A DNA stretch of 64,000 nucleotides from an uncultured PS1 clade bacterium (lineage in GTDB: Bacteria > Pseudomonadota > Alphaproteobacteria > MED-G09): positions 9,373-73,372 of the forward strand of contig CACOFZ010000005.1 of assembly GCA_902626605.1 (NCBI GenBank), given 5' to 3'. This document shows positions 17,414-27,284 of this stretch, one piece after another. The notes below the pieces were generated by a model. It had not been told where the DNA came from, ran no database searches, and worked only from the letters and a program-made list of their open reading frames with translations. The position numbers and the translations under genes were made by a program. The first letter of the stretch is position 1. Every line of letters begins with the position of its first letter.

Positions 17414-18853
17414 ATGAATATTCAAACGGTTGCCACAAAGATTCTTTTAAAATTACCACAGCCTTTTTTAAATAAGCTAATAAAATCAATTCCAAAAAGT
17501 AATAAAGATTTAAATAATATAGAAAAACCATGGCACTTAAAAGGTAATTGGGCACCGGTTGTTGAAGAAATTGAAATCCAGGATTTAGAGACGATTGGAG
17601 AAATTCCAAAAGAAATCAATGGAAAATATATTAGAAATGGAATGAATCCAGTTTCTGGTTATAGTGATCATTGGTTTTTTGGTAACGGGATGCTTCATAG
17701 TATTGAAATCAAGGATGGTAAAGCATCTTATAAGAATAAATATGTAAAAACTCCTTACTATGAGCAAGATATGGGAATGATGGAAGGCTCATTTGATCTG
17801 AGAGCTTCTCCTGCAAATACTCATGTAATTAGGCATGCAAATAAAATTTTGACATTAGAGGAAGCACATTTTCCATGGATTGTTGATGATAATTTAGAGA
17901 CTATTGGGTCTCACGACTTTAATGGTAAGCTTAATGGACCAATGACAGCACATCCAAGAGTTTGTCCTGAAACCAATGAATTATTATTCTTTGGTTATCA
18001 AATGATGAAAAAACCATATTTAACTTATCATAGGGTAAATTCAGACGGTGAACTTGTTCAATCTGAGGAGATAGATATACCAAGACCAGTTATGATGCAT
18101 GACTGGAACATTACAAGAAATTATGTAATTTTTATGGACCTTCCTTTAGTTTTTGACTTAGATCAGGCTGTCAGTGGTGCTGACCCATTCGGTTTTAGGC
18201 CTGAATGTGGAGCAAGATTAGGCGTTATGCCGAGAAATGGATCTAATAAAGACATAAAATGGATTAATATAAACCCATGTTTCGTTTTTCACCCTATGAA
18301 TGCTTACGAAGAGGATAATAAAATTATTCTTCATGTATGTAGACAAAATAAAGCTATGGTTGGCGGAATGGATGAAATATATAGTGGAAAAGATACAATT
18401 GGTAAACTTTGGAAATGGACAATTGATCTTGACCAAGAAACCTGTGAAGAAGAACAAGTTGATAATAAGGCCTGTGACTTTGCAAGAGTTGACGATAGAT
18501 TGATAGGTTTAAAGGCTAAAAACGGATACGCGATGGCTATTGATGATAATGCCAAAACATTAACATTTGGACAATTTTTATATAAATTTAATTTAGAAAA
18601 TAACGAAAGAATTGACCATAATTTAGGCCATAACGTATACGGGGGTGAACCTGTATTTGTTCCTAAAGAACATGATTCAAGTGAAGATGATGGATGGATT
18701 ATGGCTATTGTTTTTGACGGCAATATTAATAAATCAAAGTTAATTATTGTTGATGTTGAAAATTTTGATAAAAAACCAATATGTGAGGTTATATTACCTC
18801 AAAGAGTCCCTTTTGGAGCGCATGGCAGTTGGCTGTCGAATTATAAACTATGA
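17414..18853 (+). CDS. Carotenoid cleavage oxygenase family protein
   Basis: GNWAPV..E, GEIPKEINGKYIRNG, and conserved His positions (HDW, FHPMNAYEE, AHGSW). Confidence 0.9.
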   Translation: MNIQTVATKILLKLPQPFLNKLIKSIPKSNKDLNNIEKPWHLKGNWAPVVEEIEIQDLETIGEIPKEINGKYIRNGMNPVSGYSDHWFFGNGMLHSIEIKDGKASYKNKYVKTPYYEQDMGMMEGSFDLRASPANTHVIRHANKILTLEEAHFPWIVDDNLETIGSHDFNGKLNGPMTAHPRVCPETNELLFFGYQMMKKPYLTYHRVNSDGELVQSEEIDIPRPVMMHDWNITRNYVIFMDLPLVFDLDQAVSGADPFGFRPECGARLGVMPRNGSNKDIKWININPCFVFHPMNAYEEDNKIILHVCRQNKAMVGGMDEIYSGKDTIGKLWKWTIDLDQETCEEEQVDNKACDFARVDDRLIGLKAKNGYAMAIDDNAKTLTFGQFLYKFNLENNERIDHNLGHNVYGGEPVFVPKEHDSSEDDGWIMAIVFDGNINKSKLIIVDVENFDKKPICEVILPQRVPFGAHGSWLSNYKL

Positions 18854-19155
18854 AGGCAAAAATTTATCAACCGTCAAAATCTGTAACTCAATCAGGTAAA
18901 GCTAAAAGTTCTACTTGGATTTTGGAATATTCTAGATCTTCAAAAACCTCAGTAGATCCTGTAATGAAATGGACTTCTTCTCGGGATACACAACAACAAG
19001 TTAAGATTAAATTTAAAACCAAGGAATTGGCAGTAGCTTTTGCTGAAAAAAATTCAATTGATTATTTAATTAGAGAACCAAAAAAACAAAAAATTAAACC
19101 AAAGTCATATTCCGATAATTTTTCACATGACAAAAAAACCCCCTGGACTCATTAG
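18850..19155 (+). CDS. ETC complex I subunit conserved-region protein (NDUFS4 homologue, alphaproteobacterial type)
   Basis: AKIYQPSKSVTQSG, DPVMKWTSS and IKPKSYSDNF motifs. ATGA overlap with the upstream stop. Confidence 0.85.
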   Translation: MKAKIYQPSKSVTQSGKAKSSTWILEYSRSSKTSVDPVMKWTSSRDTQQQVKIKFKTKELAVAFAEKNSIDYLIREPKKQKIKPKSYSDNFSHDKKTPWTH

Positions 19156-19166
19156 GTATAAATATT

Positions 19167-19724
19167 ATGGATGCAATCGAAGCAATTTTATCAAGAAAAT
19201 CCTCTCCAAGACAACAAGAGCCAGGGCCTAATGAGAAGGAATTAGAGTTAATATATAAGTCGGCTCTTCGAGCACCTGATCATGGCGCACTAAAACCTTG
19301 GAAATTTATAAACGTCTCTGGTGATGGCAGAAAAAAATTAGCAGAAGCCGCTCTTAAAGCAATAGAAATATCTGATCCAGATAAAGCTATAAATAATAAA
19401 GACAAAATTTTAAACGCACCTTACAGAGCCCCTTTAATTATAGTTGTTATTGCATCTGTTAATAAAGAGTCGAGAATCCCTGAAGTTGAACAAATATTAT
19501 CTGCTGGAGCAGCTGCACAGAATATTCTTATTGCATGTCATTCTCTAGGATATTCAGCAATCTGGAGAACAGGATTTCTCTCTTTTAATGAGGAGGTTTC
19601 TCTTTCTTTTGGTTTAAATAAAAACGATATAATTATTGGATACTTGTACATTGGCTCAACCGAAAAAAAAATTGAAGCTCCAGAAGTTTCTAATATAAAT
19701 GATTTTGTTCAAAAATGGTCTTAA
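19167..19724 (+). CDS. Nitroreductase family protein (YdjA-like)
   Basis: RKSSPRQ, APDHGALKPWKF and AAQNILIA motifs. Confidence 0.85.
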   Translation: MDAIEAILSRKSSPRQQEPGPNEKELELIYKSALRAPDHGALKPWKFINVSGDGRKKLAEAALKAIEISDPDKAINNKDKILNAPYRAPLIIVVIASVNKESRIPEVEQILSAGAAAQNILIACHSLGYSAIWRTGFLSFNEEVSLSFGLNKNDIIIGYLYIGSTEKKIEAPEVSNINDFVQKWS

Positions 19725-19735
19725 TAGAGGTAGCT

Positions 19736-20248
19736 ATGATAAATTTCTCATTTTCAAAAAAAATTTCTTTTTTAATCTTAATATTTATAACCTTCTTAAT
19801 TCCTTTAAATCTAAAGGGAATGCATCATGAAAGAGAGCTTGATAAAATGAAAATTTTTGAGCTTTACGAAGATTGGGATATTGCCGTTGAAGCAAGTGAT
19901 ATTGATGGATATGTAAATTCTTTGGATGAAAATGTAATTCTCATCCCGCCTGATGGACCAACAATAACTGGAAGAGATAGTTATAGAAATTTTTTAGGAC
20001 CTGTCTTTGAGGTAGCCACCTACAAACTTGAACAAAAAACACCGAGGGATATTAAGTTCTATGGAGATTTTGCTACTGTGGAATATAATATAGTAGTCTA
20101 TATAAATTTCTTGGGAGATGAAAAAAGTGTTCCCTCAGAGGGAGCATTACAGGATTCTGTATCTGACAGTATTTATTTCGACTTACTAAAGCGTCAAGAA
20201 GATGGCTCTTGGAAATGCCTCATTCATACTTGGAGACAAATTAATTAA
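19736..20248 (+). CDS. Exported SnoaL/DUF4440-like (NTF2 fold) protein
   Basis: Signal/TM peptide from the ATG at 19736 (GAGG 5 nt upstream), then an NTF2-like core. The track start at 19715 would overlap the upstream gene. Confidence 0.55.
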   Translation: MINFSFSKKISFLILIFITFLIPLNLKGMHHERELDKMKIFELYEDWDIAVEASDIDGYVNSLDENVILIPPDGPTITGRDSYRNFLGPVFEVATYKLEQKTPRDIKFYGDFATVEYNIVVYINFLGDEKSVPSEGALQDSVSDSIYFDLLKRQEDGSWKCLIHTWRQIN

Positions 20249-20822
20249 TATTTATATCTGTAGGTTCCTCAGAGGGAAGAAAAATTGATTTATTTTCATC
20301 ATCATTCCAAATTACTAATACTTCATTTAGATGTTCCAAGTATATTATTTTAGTTTTATTAAAAAAAGACCACAATGTTTGCTGATATGAATTTATTTTT
20401 TCTTCAATTTCCTCCTCTTTAATGTCAGCTATATTTTCTTCAATATCAATTTTTAATTTTAATCTATAATCTAGATATTCATTTAATATTTGATTTGCTT
20501 CTATACTATCTTTTCCAAAATCATGGATCATTTTATCATGTTTTTGAGATAACAATACTAAACTATCTACTGTTTCAAGATAGCTTCTAGGATTTTTCTT
20601 TATTAAATCACTTGAGATAGTCTCTTCAAAAAAGCGATAATACTCCTCAAGTATTATATTTGTAACTTCATTCATTTTTAGTTTTGTTTTTAATTTTTCG
20701 GTGCATTTTTTTTTCAAAATATTTAGATCGTATAGATCATGTGTCCAATAATAGATCTTCATAGCCTTAATAAACTGAAGAAATTCTTGGTCAATTAAGT
20801 ATTCTGATAAATTTTTATCCAT
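20241..20822 (-). CDS. Hypothetical protein
   Basis: Long uninterrupted ORF in a gene-dense context; no motif recognised. Confidence 0.5.
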   Translation of the reverse strand: MDKNLSEYLIDQEFLQFIKAMKIYYWTHDLYDLNILKKKCTEKLKTKLKMNEVTNIILEEYYRFFEETISSDLIKKNPRSYLETVDSLVLLSQKHDKMIHDFGKDSIEANQILNEYLDYRLKLKIDIEENIADIKEEEIEEKINSYQQTLWSFFNKTKIIYLEHLNEVLVIWNDDENKSIFLPSEEPTDININ

Positions 20823-20902
20823 TTTATTTCTTCTTCATTAAATTATTAATTATATAATAATATTATATTTGCATAATTTTACGGATTTAATAATATAAAA
20901 TC

Positions 20903-22354
20903 ATGAATAAAATTAATCATACTTTAAATATTGATATTAAGGCTTTAGATAGTCAATTTATTGGTTCAAAATGGATAAAATCTAAAAAAAATGATTTCCC
21001 AGTTATCTCACCATCAACAGAACAAATAATAGCGCATGTAAGTTTACCCACCATTGAAGATGCTGATTATGCTATTGATACTGCAAGAAAAACTTTTGAC
21101 AATGGCTCTTGGTCAAAATTACCAATAAAAGACCGAATTGAGGTATGCGAGAGATTGTGTAATTCAATGGAAAGTCGATTGCCGGAATTAAATAAAGCTT
21201 GGGTTTTAGAGTCAGGACCTACAATTTCACATGCAGAAATAATTAATGATCAAGTTGGTGTAGCAGTCTGGCGTCAAATGCTAAAATCTGCAAAAAATAT
21301 AAACTGGGAGGAACAAAGAGACGATGCTCTATTATTCAGAGAGCCTATCGGAACAGTCTTATCAATTATGACATTTAATGGTCCAATAGTTCTAATGGGA
21401 ATGAAAATTATACCTGCTTTATTGGCAGGGTGTACAGTTATTGGTAAACACGCACCAGAGTCACAATTAACATCAAGATTAATATCCGAAGCTATTGAAG
21501 AAGCAGAACTACCACCAGGTGTTTTAACTTTATTAGCGGCAGATACAGAAGTAACTCAGTATTTAGTTTCTCATCCTTCTATAGACATGGTATCTCTCAC
21601 TGGAGGAACCTCTATTGGAATTGAGGTTGTTAAACAAACAGCAGATCGCTTGGCAAGAACTGCTCTGGAGTTAGGAGGAAAATCTCCTGCTATTATTTTG
21701 GAGGATGCTGATCTAGAAAATACTCTGGAAACTCTAGTACCTGGTAGCACGGCATTTATGGGTCAAGTATGCGTTAATTTATCAAGAATTTTAGTTCCAA
21801 AGAGCAGGGAAAATGAAATATTAGAAGTTCTTGCTTCAAAATATAGCTCCTTTGAAATTGGCGACCCTTTATTAGCAAGCTCTCAACAGGGGCCTATTTC
21901 TGTATATAGAGGTCTTGAGAGAACTGAACAATATGTATCCTCAGCTAAGCAAGAGGGTGCCTCTATAGTTACTGGAGGAAAAAAACCATCTAAATTTGAA
22001 AAAGGCTGGTGGTATGAGCCAACATTAATATCAAATACCAATAATTCTATGAGAGTTGTTAAAGAAGAGATATTTGGTCCTGTTACATCTGTTATGACAT
22101 ACACTGATTATAATGAAGCAATAAAACTTGCAAATGATTCAGAATTTGGTTTGGCAGCATCTATTTATGGCAAAGATGAAGATCTAATGATGAATATGGC
22201 AAAACAAATTCAGTCAGGAAGTGTAGCAATTAATACTGCAGGTATATCATTCATGCAACCATTTGGTGGTTACAAAAAATCCGGCTGGGGCAAAGAATGT
22301 GGCGATGAAGGAATACTTGAATTTACTCAATTAAAACAAGTAATTAAAGGTTAA
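20903..22354 (+). CDS. Aldehyde dehydrogenase family protein
   Basis: LELGGKSP, EEIFGPV and MGQVCVNLSR (catalytic Cys region). Confidence 0.92.
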   Translation: MNKINHTLNIDIKALDSQFIGSKWIKSKKNDFPVISPSTEQIIAHVSLPTIEDADYAIDTARKTFDNGSWSKLPIKDRIEVCERLCNSMESRLPELNKAWVLESGPTISHAEIINDQVGVAVWRQMLKSAKNINWEEQRDDALLFREPIGTVLSIMTFNGPIVLMGMKIIPALLAGCTVIGKHAPESQLTSRLISEAIEEAELPPGVLTLLAADTEVTQYLVSHPSIDMVSLTGGTSIGIEVVKQTADRLARTALELGGKSPAIILEDADLENTLETLVPGSTAFMGQVCVNLSRILVPKSRENEILEVLASKYSSFEIGDPLLASSQQGPISVYRGLERTEQYVSSAKQEGASIVTGGKKPSKFEKGWWYEPTLISNTNNSMRVVKEEIFGPVTSVMTYTDYNEAIKLANDSEFGLAASIYGKDEDLMMNMAKQIQSGSVAINTAGISFMQPFGGYKKSGWGKECGDEGILEFTQLKQVIKG

Positions 22355-22409
22355 AATTAAATTAATTTTTTATTTAAACCATATATTTCTTAATAATAAA
22401 ATATAAAAC

Positions 22410-23156
22410 ATGAAAGCAATTTTTTTTAAACCGAATAATTTAAAATTTATTCTAAAAATTTTTTTTCAAAATCTTTTGGACAAGATTTTAAAAAGAGATG
22501 AAATCTCTCAATCTGTAAAAAATTATATTTTTAAAAATGCTAAACAGAATGATCCAGAGAGTATTTTAAGGGCCATGGATGATTTCGCAAAAAATAATAG
22601 GTTTTTAATGAATATTGGTGATGAAAAAGGTCTGTTGCTAACAGAAGAATTAAAAAAACTTGGGAGAAATATTTTAATTCTTGAATTAGGATGTTTCTGC
22701 GGTTATTCGGCAATCTTAATGGCTAGGAACTTAGGTAATGCAGGAAAGGTTGTTTCTTTAGAGGTAAATAGAACTTATGCAAAGAATGCCTTAGAAATTA
22801 TTAATTTCGCTGGACTTAGAGATAAAATTACAATTATTGAGGGATCCTCTGATAAAATTATAAGTACTTTAAGGTACAAATTTGATTTAGTTTTGTTAGA
22901 TCATTGGAAAAACCTTTATAAAAGGGATCTAATAGCAATTGAAAAAAGAGGTCTTTTGAAAAATGGTTCTATTATTTTTGCCGATAATGTTGGCAAGTTA
23001 ATTTCGGCTCTTGTTGGTAAAAGAGGTGAATCTGATAATTATTTAGATTATGTAAGAAATAATAAAAAATACAAAAATAAAAATATTAAAACTTTTCTGG
23101 AATATTCAAAGGCTGAGGATGAGGTTGAAATATCAACTTATTCTCTAGACTATTAA
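22410..23156 (+). CDS. Catechol O-methyltransferase-like class I SAM methyltransferase (animal COMT-like)
   Basis: MNIGDEKG ... ILELGCFCGYSAILMAR parallels my recollection of human COMT, [8 protein letters not shown] ... [17 protein letters not shown]. Confidence 0.75.
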   Translation: MKAIFFKPNNLKFILKIFFQNLLDKILKRDEISQSVKNYIFKNAKQNDPESILRAMDDFAKNNRFLMNIGDEKGLLLTEELKKLGRNILILELGCFCGYSAILMARNLGNAGKVVSLEVNRTYAKNALEIINFAGLRDKITIIEGSSDKIISTLRYKFDLVLLDHWKNLYKRDLIAIEKRGLLKNGSIIFADNVGKLISALVGKRGESDNYLDYVRNNKKYKNKNIKTFLEYSKAEDEVEISTYSLDY

Positions 23157-23202
23157 AACATTTAGACTATAAAAAAATTAGAAACAAATTTGGAGTTATT
23201 TT

Positions 23203-23394
23203 ATGAATAAATATATTTTATTTGGTTTATTGTTATCAGTCCTTTTATTTACTAATCAGGTTTCCGCCCATTGTGGTGATGCTGAAGCTCACGCAGCAGC
23301 TTCTAAAGAACATATTGATAAGGATAATAAAGAACATAATAATAATGAAAAAGAAGGTAATAACAATAAAAATAACATGAGTAATAGATATTAA
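23203..23394 (+). CDS. Small exported His/Asn/Lys-rich protein (63 aa)
   Basis: Clear signal peptide ending VSA, then HCGDAEAHAAASKEH. GGAG lies upstream of the ATG. Confidence 0.55.
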   Translation: MNKYILFGLLLSVLLFTNQVSAHCGDAEAHAAASKEHIDKDNKEHNNNEKEGNNNKNNMSNRY

Positions 23395-23460
23395 TTTAAT
23401 TTTTATTAGATTTAATATTTAAACTTTTACTCATATTATTTTTGTTTTAATTTAAGGTGT

Positions 23461-23537
23461 GGTCCCGTAGCTCAGCTGGATAGAGCAACGGATTTCTAAT
23501 CCGTAGGTCAGAGGTTCGAATCCTCTCGGGATCACCA
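23461..23537 (+). tRNA. tRNA-Arg (anticodon TCT)
   Basis: Acceptor GGTCCCG/CGGGATC, D-arm AGCTCAGCTGGATAGAGC, anticodon loop TTTCTAA, T-arm AGAGGTTCGAATCCTCT, encoded CCA. Confidence 0.93.
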
Positions 23538-23615
23538 TTATTTTTTTAACTGTCAAATTTTCAAATTAAACCTTGTAAGTTTTACTTAACCATTATTTAC
23601 TGAATTAGTTTTTTT

Positions 23616-24368
23616 ATGGAGTTATCTATGAGTTGTATTGAAGGAAAGGTTATTTTAATTACCGGAGCAAGTTCAGGTTTTGGAATGGTCACTGCTAAAA
23701 AATGTGTTGAACATGGTGCTAAAGTTGTTTTAGGCGCTAGAAGAGAAGATAGATTATCTGAGTTATGCAATTCATTAGGTAATGAAAATGCAATTTTTAA
23801 AGTTACAGATGTTACAAATAAGCAAAATGTTAACGATTTAGCAAAATACGGGATTGATACATTTGGTCAGATAGACTCATTAGTAAACAATGCTGGAATT
23901 ATGCCTTTATCTTTTATTGAACAAGGTAGAACTGATGAATGGGATAGTATGATCGATGTAAATATTAAGGGGGTCTTATATGCTATTGACTCTGTTTATA
24001 CTCACATGATGGAAAGAGGAAGCGGTCAAATTATTAATATTTCATCTGTAGCAGGAAAAAGACTTATTCCGGGAAGCGCTGTTTACTCTGGAACAAAATT
24101 CGCTGTTGGTGCTATTTCGGAGGGATTAAGAATAGAAAGCGACGGGAAACTTCAAGTCACATGCATTTTCCCTGGAGCTTTTGAAACAGAGTTAGGAGCA
24201 TCTATAAAAGATGAGGCAATGCTTGAATATTTAGCCACTCAAGCACAGTATGTAAATTTAGCTCAGCCAGCGGAAATAATCGCAGATGCAATTTTATATG
24301 CTTTAGAGCAGAAACCTGGTGTTGCTGCAAATGAGATTGTACTAAGACCAACTGCTCAGGACTTTTAG
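23616..24368 (+). CDS. SDR family oxidoreductase
   Basis: TGASSGFG, NNAG and YSGTKFA motifs. The ATG at 23628 behind GGAG is the more likely start. Confidence 0.9.
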   Translation: MELSMSCIEGKVILITGASSGFGMVTAKKCVEHGAKVVLGARREDRLSELCNSLGNENAIFKVTDVTNKQNVNDLAKYGIDTFGQIDSLVNNAGIMPLSFIEQGRTDEWDSMIDVNIKGVLYAIDSVYTHMMERGSGQIINISSVAGKRLIPGSAVYSGTKFAVGAISEGLRIESDGKLQVTCIFPGAFETELGASIKDEAMLEYLATQAQYVNLAQPAEIIADAILYALEQKPGVAANEIVLRPTAQDF

Positions 24369-24468
24369 ATAGTTTATGTTTTTTTTAAAATTATTTTTAG
24401 GATCAATTATTTGGTTGTTGGTTAGTTATTTGATATGGATTTTAATTATATAAATTTTTGAGGTTATT

Positions 24469-24924
24469 ATGCATTTAAAAATACCACCCCCTCTAGTTGC
24501 TTTAATTGGTATATTACTAATTTTTTTATCTAAAGATTATGTTCTAATTCTTTATTTACATCCACACCTTCAGAATACTCTATCAATATTATTTTTAATT
24601 ATTGGTTTTGTTATAATTTTCTTAGCAACAAAAGAGTTTAAAAAATCTGAAACAACAGTAAATCCAATGAAACCAGAAACATCAACGAGCTTAGTTACTT
24701 CAGGAATATTTAAATATACCCGAAATCCAATGTACCTTGGTTTAGCTTTTATTCTTTTAGCCTCATGTTTTTATTTTAGTTCATTGCTTGGAATTATTAT
24801 TTATGTTCCACTTTTTATTTTATATATAACTGTTTTTCAAATTATTCCCGAGGAGGAGTCGATGAAAAGTTTATTTAATGATGAATATTTGGACTATTGC
24901 TCAAAGGTTCGGCGTTGGATTTAA
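24469..24924 (+). CDS. Isoprenylcysteine carboxyl methyltransferase (ICMT) family membrane protein
   Basis: GIFKYTRNPMYLG motif; multi-TM. Confidence 0.75.
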   Translation: MHLKIPPPLVALIGILLIFLSKDYVLILYLHPHLQNTLSILFLIIGFVIIFLATKEFKKSETTVNPMKPETSTSLVTSGIFKYTRNPMYLGLAFILLASCFYFSSLLGIIIYVPLFILYITVFQIIPEEESMKSLFNDEYLDYCSKVRRWI

Positions 24925-24930
24925 CTCTAT

Positions 24931-25080
24931 ATGAAAATAGAAAGAAAAAAGAAAAATAAAAAATTAATTGAAATGAATGGTCATATTACTTGCTACAACT
25001 GTAAATATATGAACCCAATTAAAAGCCTAAAAAGAAACTTATGTATTAAATGTGATAGATCTCTTCCATTTATTTATTAA
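24931..25080 (+). CDS. Small zinc-ribbon protein (49 aa, CxxC...CxxC)
   Basis: My own translation: MKIERKKKNKKLIEMNGHITCYNCKYMNPIKSLKRNLCIKCDRSLPFIY. Not in the ORF track. Confidence 0.4.
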   Translation: MKIERKKKNKKLIEMNGHITCYNCKYMNPIKSLKRNLCIKCDRSLPFIY

Positions 25081-25081
25081 A

Positions 25082-25240
25082 TTATCTTGCGTTTAATTTT
25101 CTTATAACCTCCTTCTTTTCTTTATTAGAAAATTTTATCCAGTTTCTTATCTCATTTGGGTTTCTTTTACAGCCAGCACAAAGTGTTTCATTATCAATTT
25201 TATGAAGAGCGCAAATACCAATACAAGGTGAGTTAATCAT
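25082..25240 (-). CDS. DUF1289-like small Cys-rich protein (52 aa)
   Basis: My own translation: MINSPCIGICALHKIDNETLCAGCKRNPNEIRNW... matches the SPCxGxC...CxGCxR..xEI..W pattern. Confidence 0.6.
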   Translation of the reverse strand: MINSPCIGICALHKIDNETLCAGCKRNPNEIRNWIKFSNKEKKEVIRKLNAR

Positions 25241-25462
25241 TTATATTTCTTTTTTATAAAAACCTTCTAATTCATAAATATTTTACTTGCATTAATATAT
25301 TATTTCTATGATTAAGTAACAATGTTTAGAATTATAACTTTATTTATGTTTCCAGTCATCACAGTGCTATTGCTATTGTTATACTTAAAATGCTTTTTAT
25401 AAAAAACTATCTATTATCGCAACAAAGATATAAAAAATTCTCAAAAAATTAATTCAAACCAT

Positions 25463-27277
25463 ATGAAACAAAAAATTAGAAATATTGCTATTATCGCTCA
25501 TGTTGACCATGGAAAAACTACATTAATAGACTCTATGATGAAGCAAAGTGGTTTATTTAGAGATAATCAACAAGTTAACGAAAGAGTAATGGATACAGGC
25601 GATCTTGAAAAAGAACGCGGCATTACAATTTTAGCTAAGCCTACCTCTATAACATGGGAGGATATTAGGATTAATATTATTGATACACCAGGTCATGCAG
25701 ATTTTGGTGGAGAGGTAGAGAGGGTTTTGGGTATGGCTGATGGAGTTATTTTGCTTGTTGACTCCGCAGAAGGCCCTATGCCTCAAACAAAGTTTGTATT
25801 AGGAAAAGCTCTTCAACTGGGATTAAGACCAATTGTTATTGTTAATAAGATTGATAGACAAGACAAAAGACCTGATGAGGTTGTAAATGAAATATTTGAT
25901 TTATTTGTTTCATTGGATGCAAATGATGAGCAACTTGACTTTCCAATTTTATATGCCTCTGGAAGATCTGGATGGTGTGTAGCTGATTTAAATGATGAGT
26001 CAAATGATCTCAAACCTTTAATGAGTTTGATAATTGACCATGTTCCAGAACCAAAAGTTGATGAAGAAAAAGATTTTGCAATGCTTGCTACCTTACTTGA
26101 TTATGACCCTTACTTGGGAAGATGTTTAACTGGTAAAATAATTTCAGGAACAGCTAAGATTAATAACACAGTAAAGGTAATTGATCTAAATTCAAATTTA
26201 GTTGAAAACGGTCGTCTAACAAAACTTTTTAAATTTGAAGGAACAAAGAAAGTTCCAGTTAATCAAGTTTTTTGCGGTGATATCATTTGTATAGCTGGCT
26301 TAACAAAAGCATCTGTTTCAGATACAATATGTAACATCAACGTTACAACCCCTTTAAAATCTTCGCCAATAGATCCACCTACAATGTCTGTAACAATTAC
26401 CATTAATGACTCTCCCTTTGCTGGAAGAGATGGAAAAAAAGTTACTTCCACTGTTATCAGAGAGAGGCTGATTGCAGAATCTGAAACAAATGTTGCAATT
26501 TCCTTTTCTGAAGCTGAAGGAAAAGAATCTTTTGAAATTGGAGGAAGGGGTGAGCTTCAATTGGGAGTTTTAATTGAAACAATGAGAAGAGAGGATTTTG
26601 AGCTTACTGTTTCAAGGCCAAAAGTTTTATATAAAATAAGTTCTGAAAACGAGAAGTTAGAGCCCATTGAAGAAGTAACAATTGATGTTGATGAAGAATA
26701 TTCCAGTTCCGTTCTTGATAATATGAACAGAAGAAAGGGTGATATGGTTGATATGCGTTCATCAGGCAAAGGTAAAACTAGAATTATTTTTCATGCACCT
26801 TCTAGGGCTTTGATTGGTTTTCAGAATAAATTTTTAACTATTACCAAGGGAACGGGTGTGATTAATAGAGTTTTTTATAAGTATGGGCCCTATAAAGGTG
26901 ATATAGATGGAAGAAGAAATGGCGTTTTAATCTCTACTGAAACTGGTTCAGCTGTTGCTTATGCGTTATTTAATCTTCAGGATCGAGGTATAATGTTTTT
27001 AGGCCCTCAAACGGAAGTTTATGAAGGAATGATTGTTGGAGAACATAATCGTGATAATGACTTAGGTATAAATGTTTTAAAAGGAAAGAAGCATTCTAAT
27101 GTCAGGTCAGCTGGAGCAGATGAGGCGGTTATTCTTGTTCCTCATCAAAAAATGTCACTTGAACAAATGATGGCTTATATTGAAGATGACGAATTATTGG
27201 AGGTAACGCCAAATAATCTGAGACTCAGGAAAAAGTATTTAGACCCAAATAAAAGAAAAAAAATGAGTAAAGTTTAG
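25463..27277 (+). CDS. typA: Translational GTPase TypA/BipA
   Basis: IRNIAIIAHVDHGKTTL, DTPGHADFGGEVER and NKIDR motifs; 604 aa. Confidence 0.97.
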   Translation: MKQKIRNIAIIAHVDHGKTTLIDSMMKQSGLFRDNQQVNERVMDTGDLEKERGITILAKPTSITWEDIRINIIDTPGHADFGGEVERVLGMADGVILLVDSAEGPMPQTKFVLGKALQLGLRPIVIVNKIDRQDKRPDEVVNEIFDLFVSLDANDEQLDFPILYASGRSGWCVADLNDESNDLKPLMSLIIDHVPEPKVDEEKDFAMLATLLDYDPYLGRCLTGKIISGTAKINNTVKVIDLNSNLVENGRLTKLFKFEGTKKVPVNQVFCGDIICIAGLTKASVSDTICNINVTTPLKSSPIDPPTMSVTITINDSPFAGRDGKKVTSTVIRERLIAESETNVAISFSEAEGKESFEIGGRGELQLGVLIETMRREDFELTVSRPKVLYKISSENEKLEPIEEVTIDVDEEYSSSVLDNMNRRKGDMVDMRSSGKGKTRIIFHAPSRALIGFQNKFLTITKGTGVINRVFYKYGPYKGDIDGRRNGVLISTETGSAVAYALFNLQDRGIMFLGPQTEVYEGMIVGEHNRDNDLGINVLKGKKHSNVRSAGADEAVILVPHQKMSLEQMMAYIEDDELLEVTPNNLRLRKKYLDPNKRKKMSKV

Positions 27278-27284
27278 TTATTAG

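Noticed and set aside
25322-25402. 26-aa hydrophobic ORF (MFRIITLFMFPVITVLLLLLYLKCFL) upstream of typA as a leader peptide.
   Set aside because: It has no SD, no attenuator-like alternative hairpins and no regulatory codon run. It is plausibly a chance ORF in AT-rich DNA.
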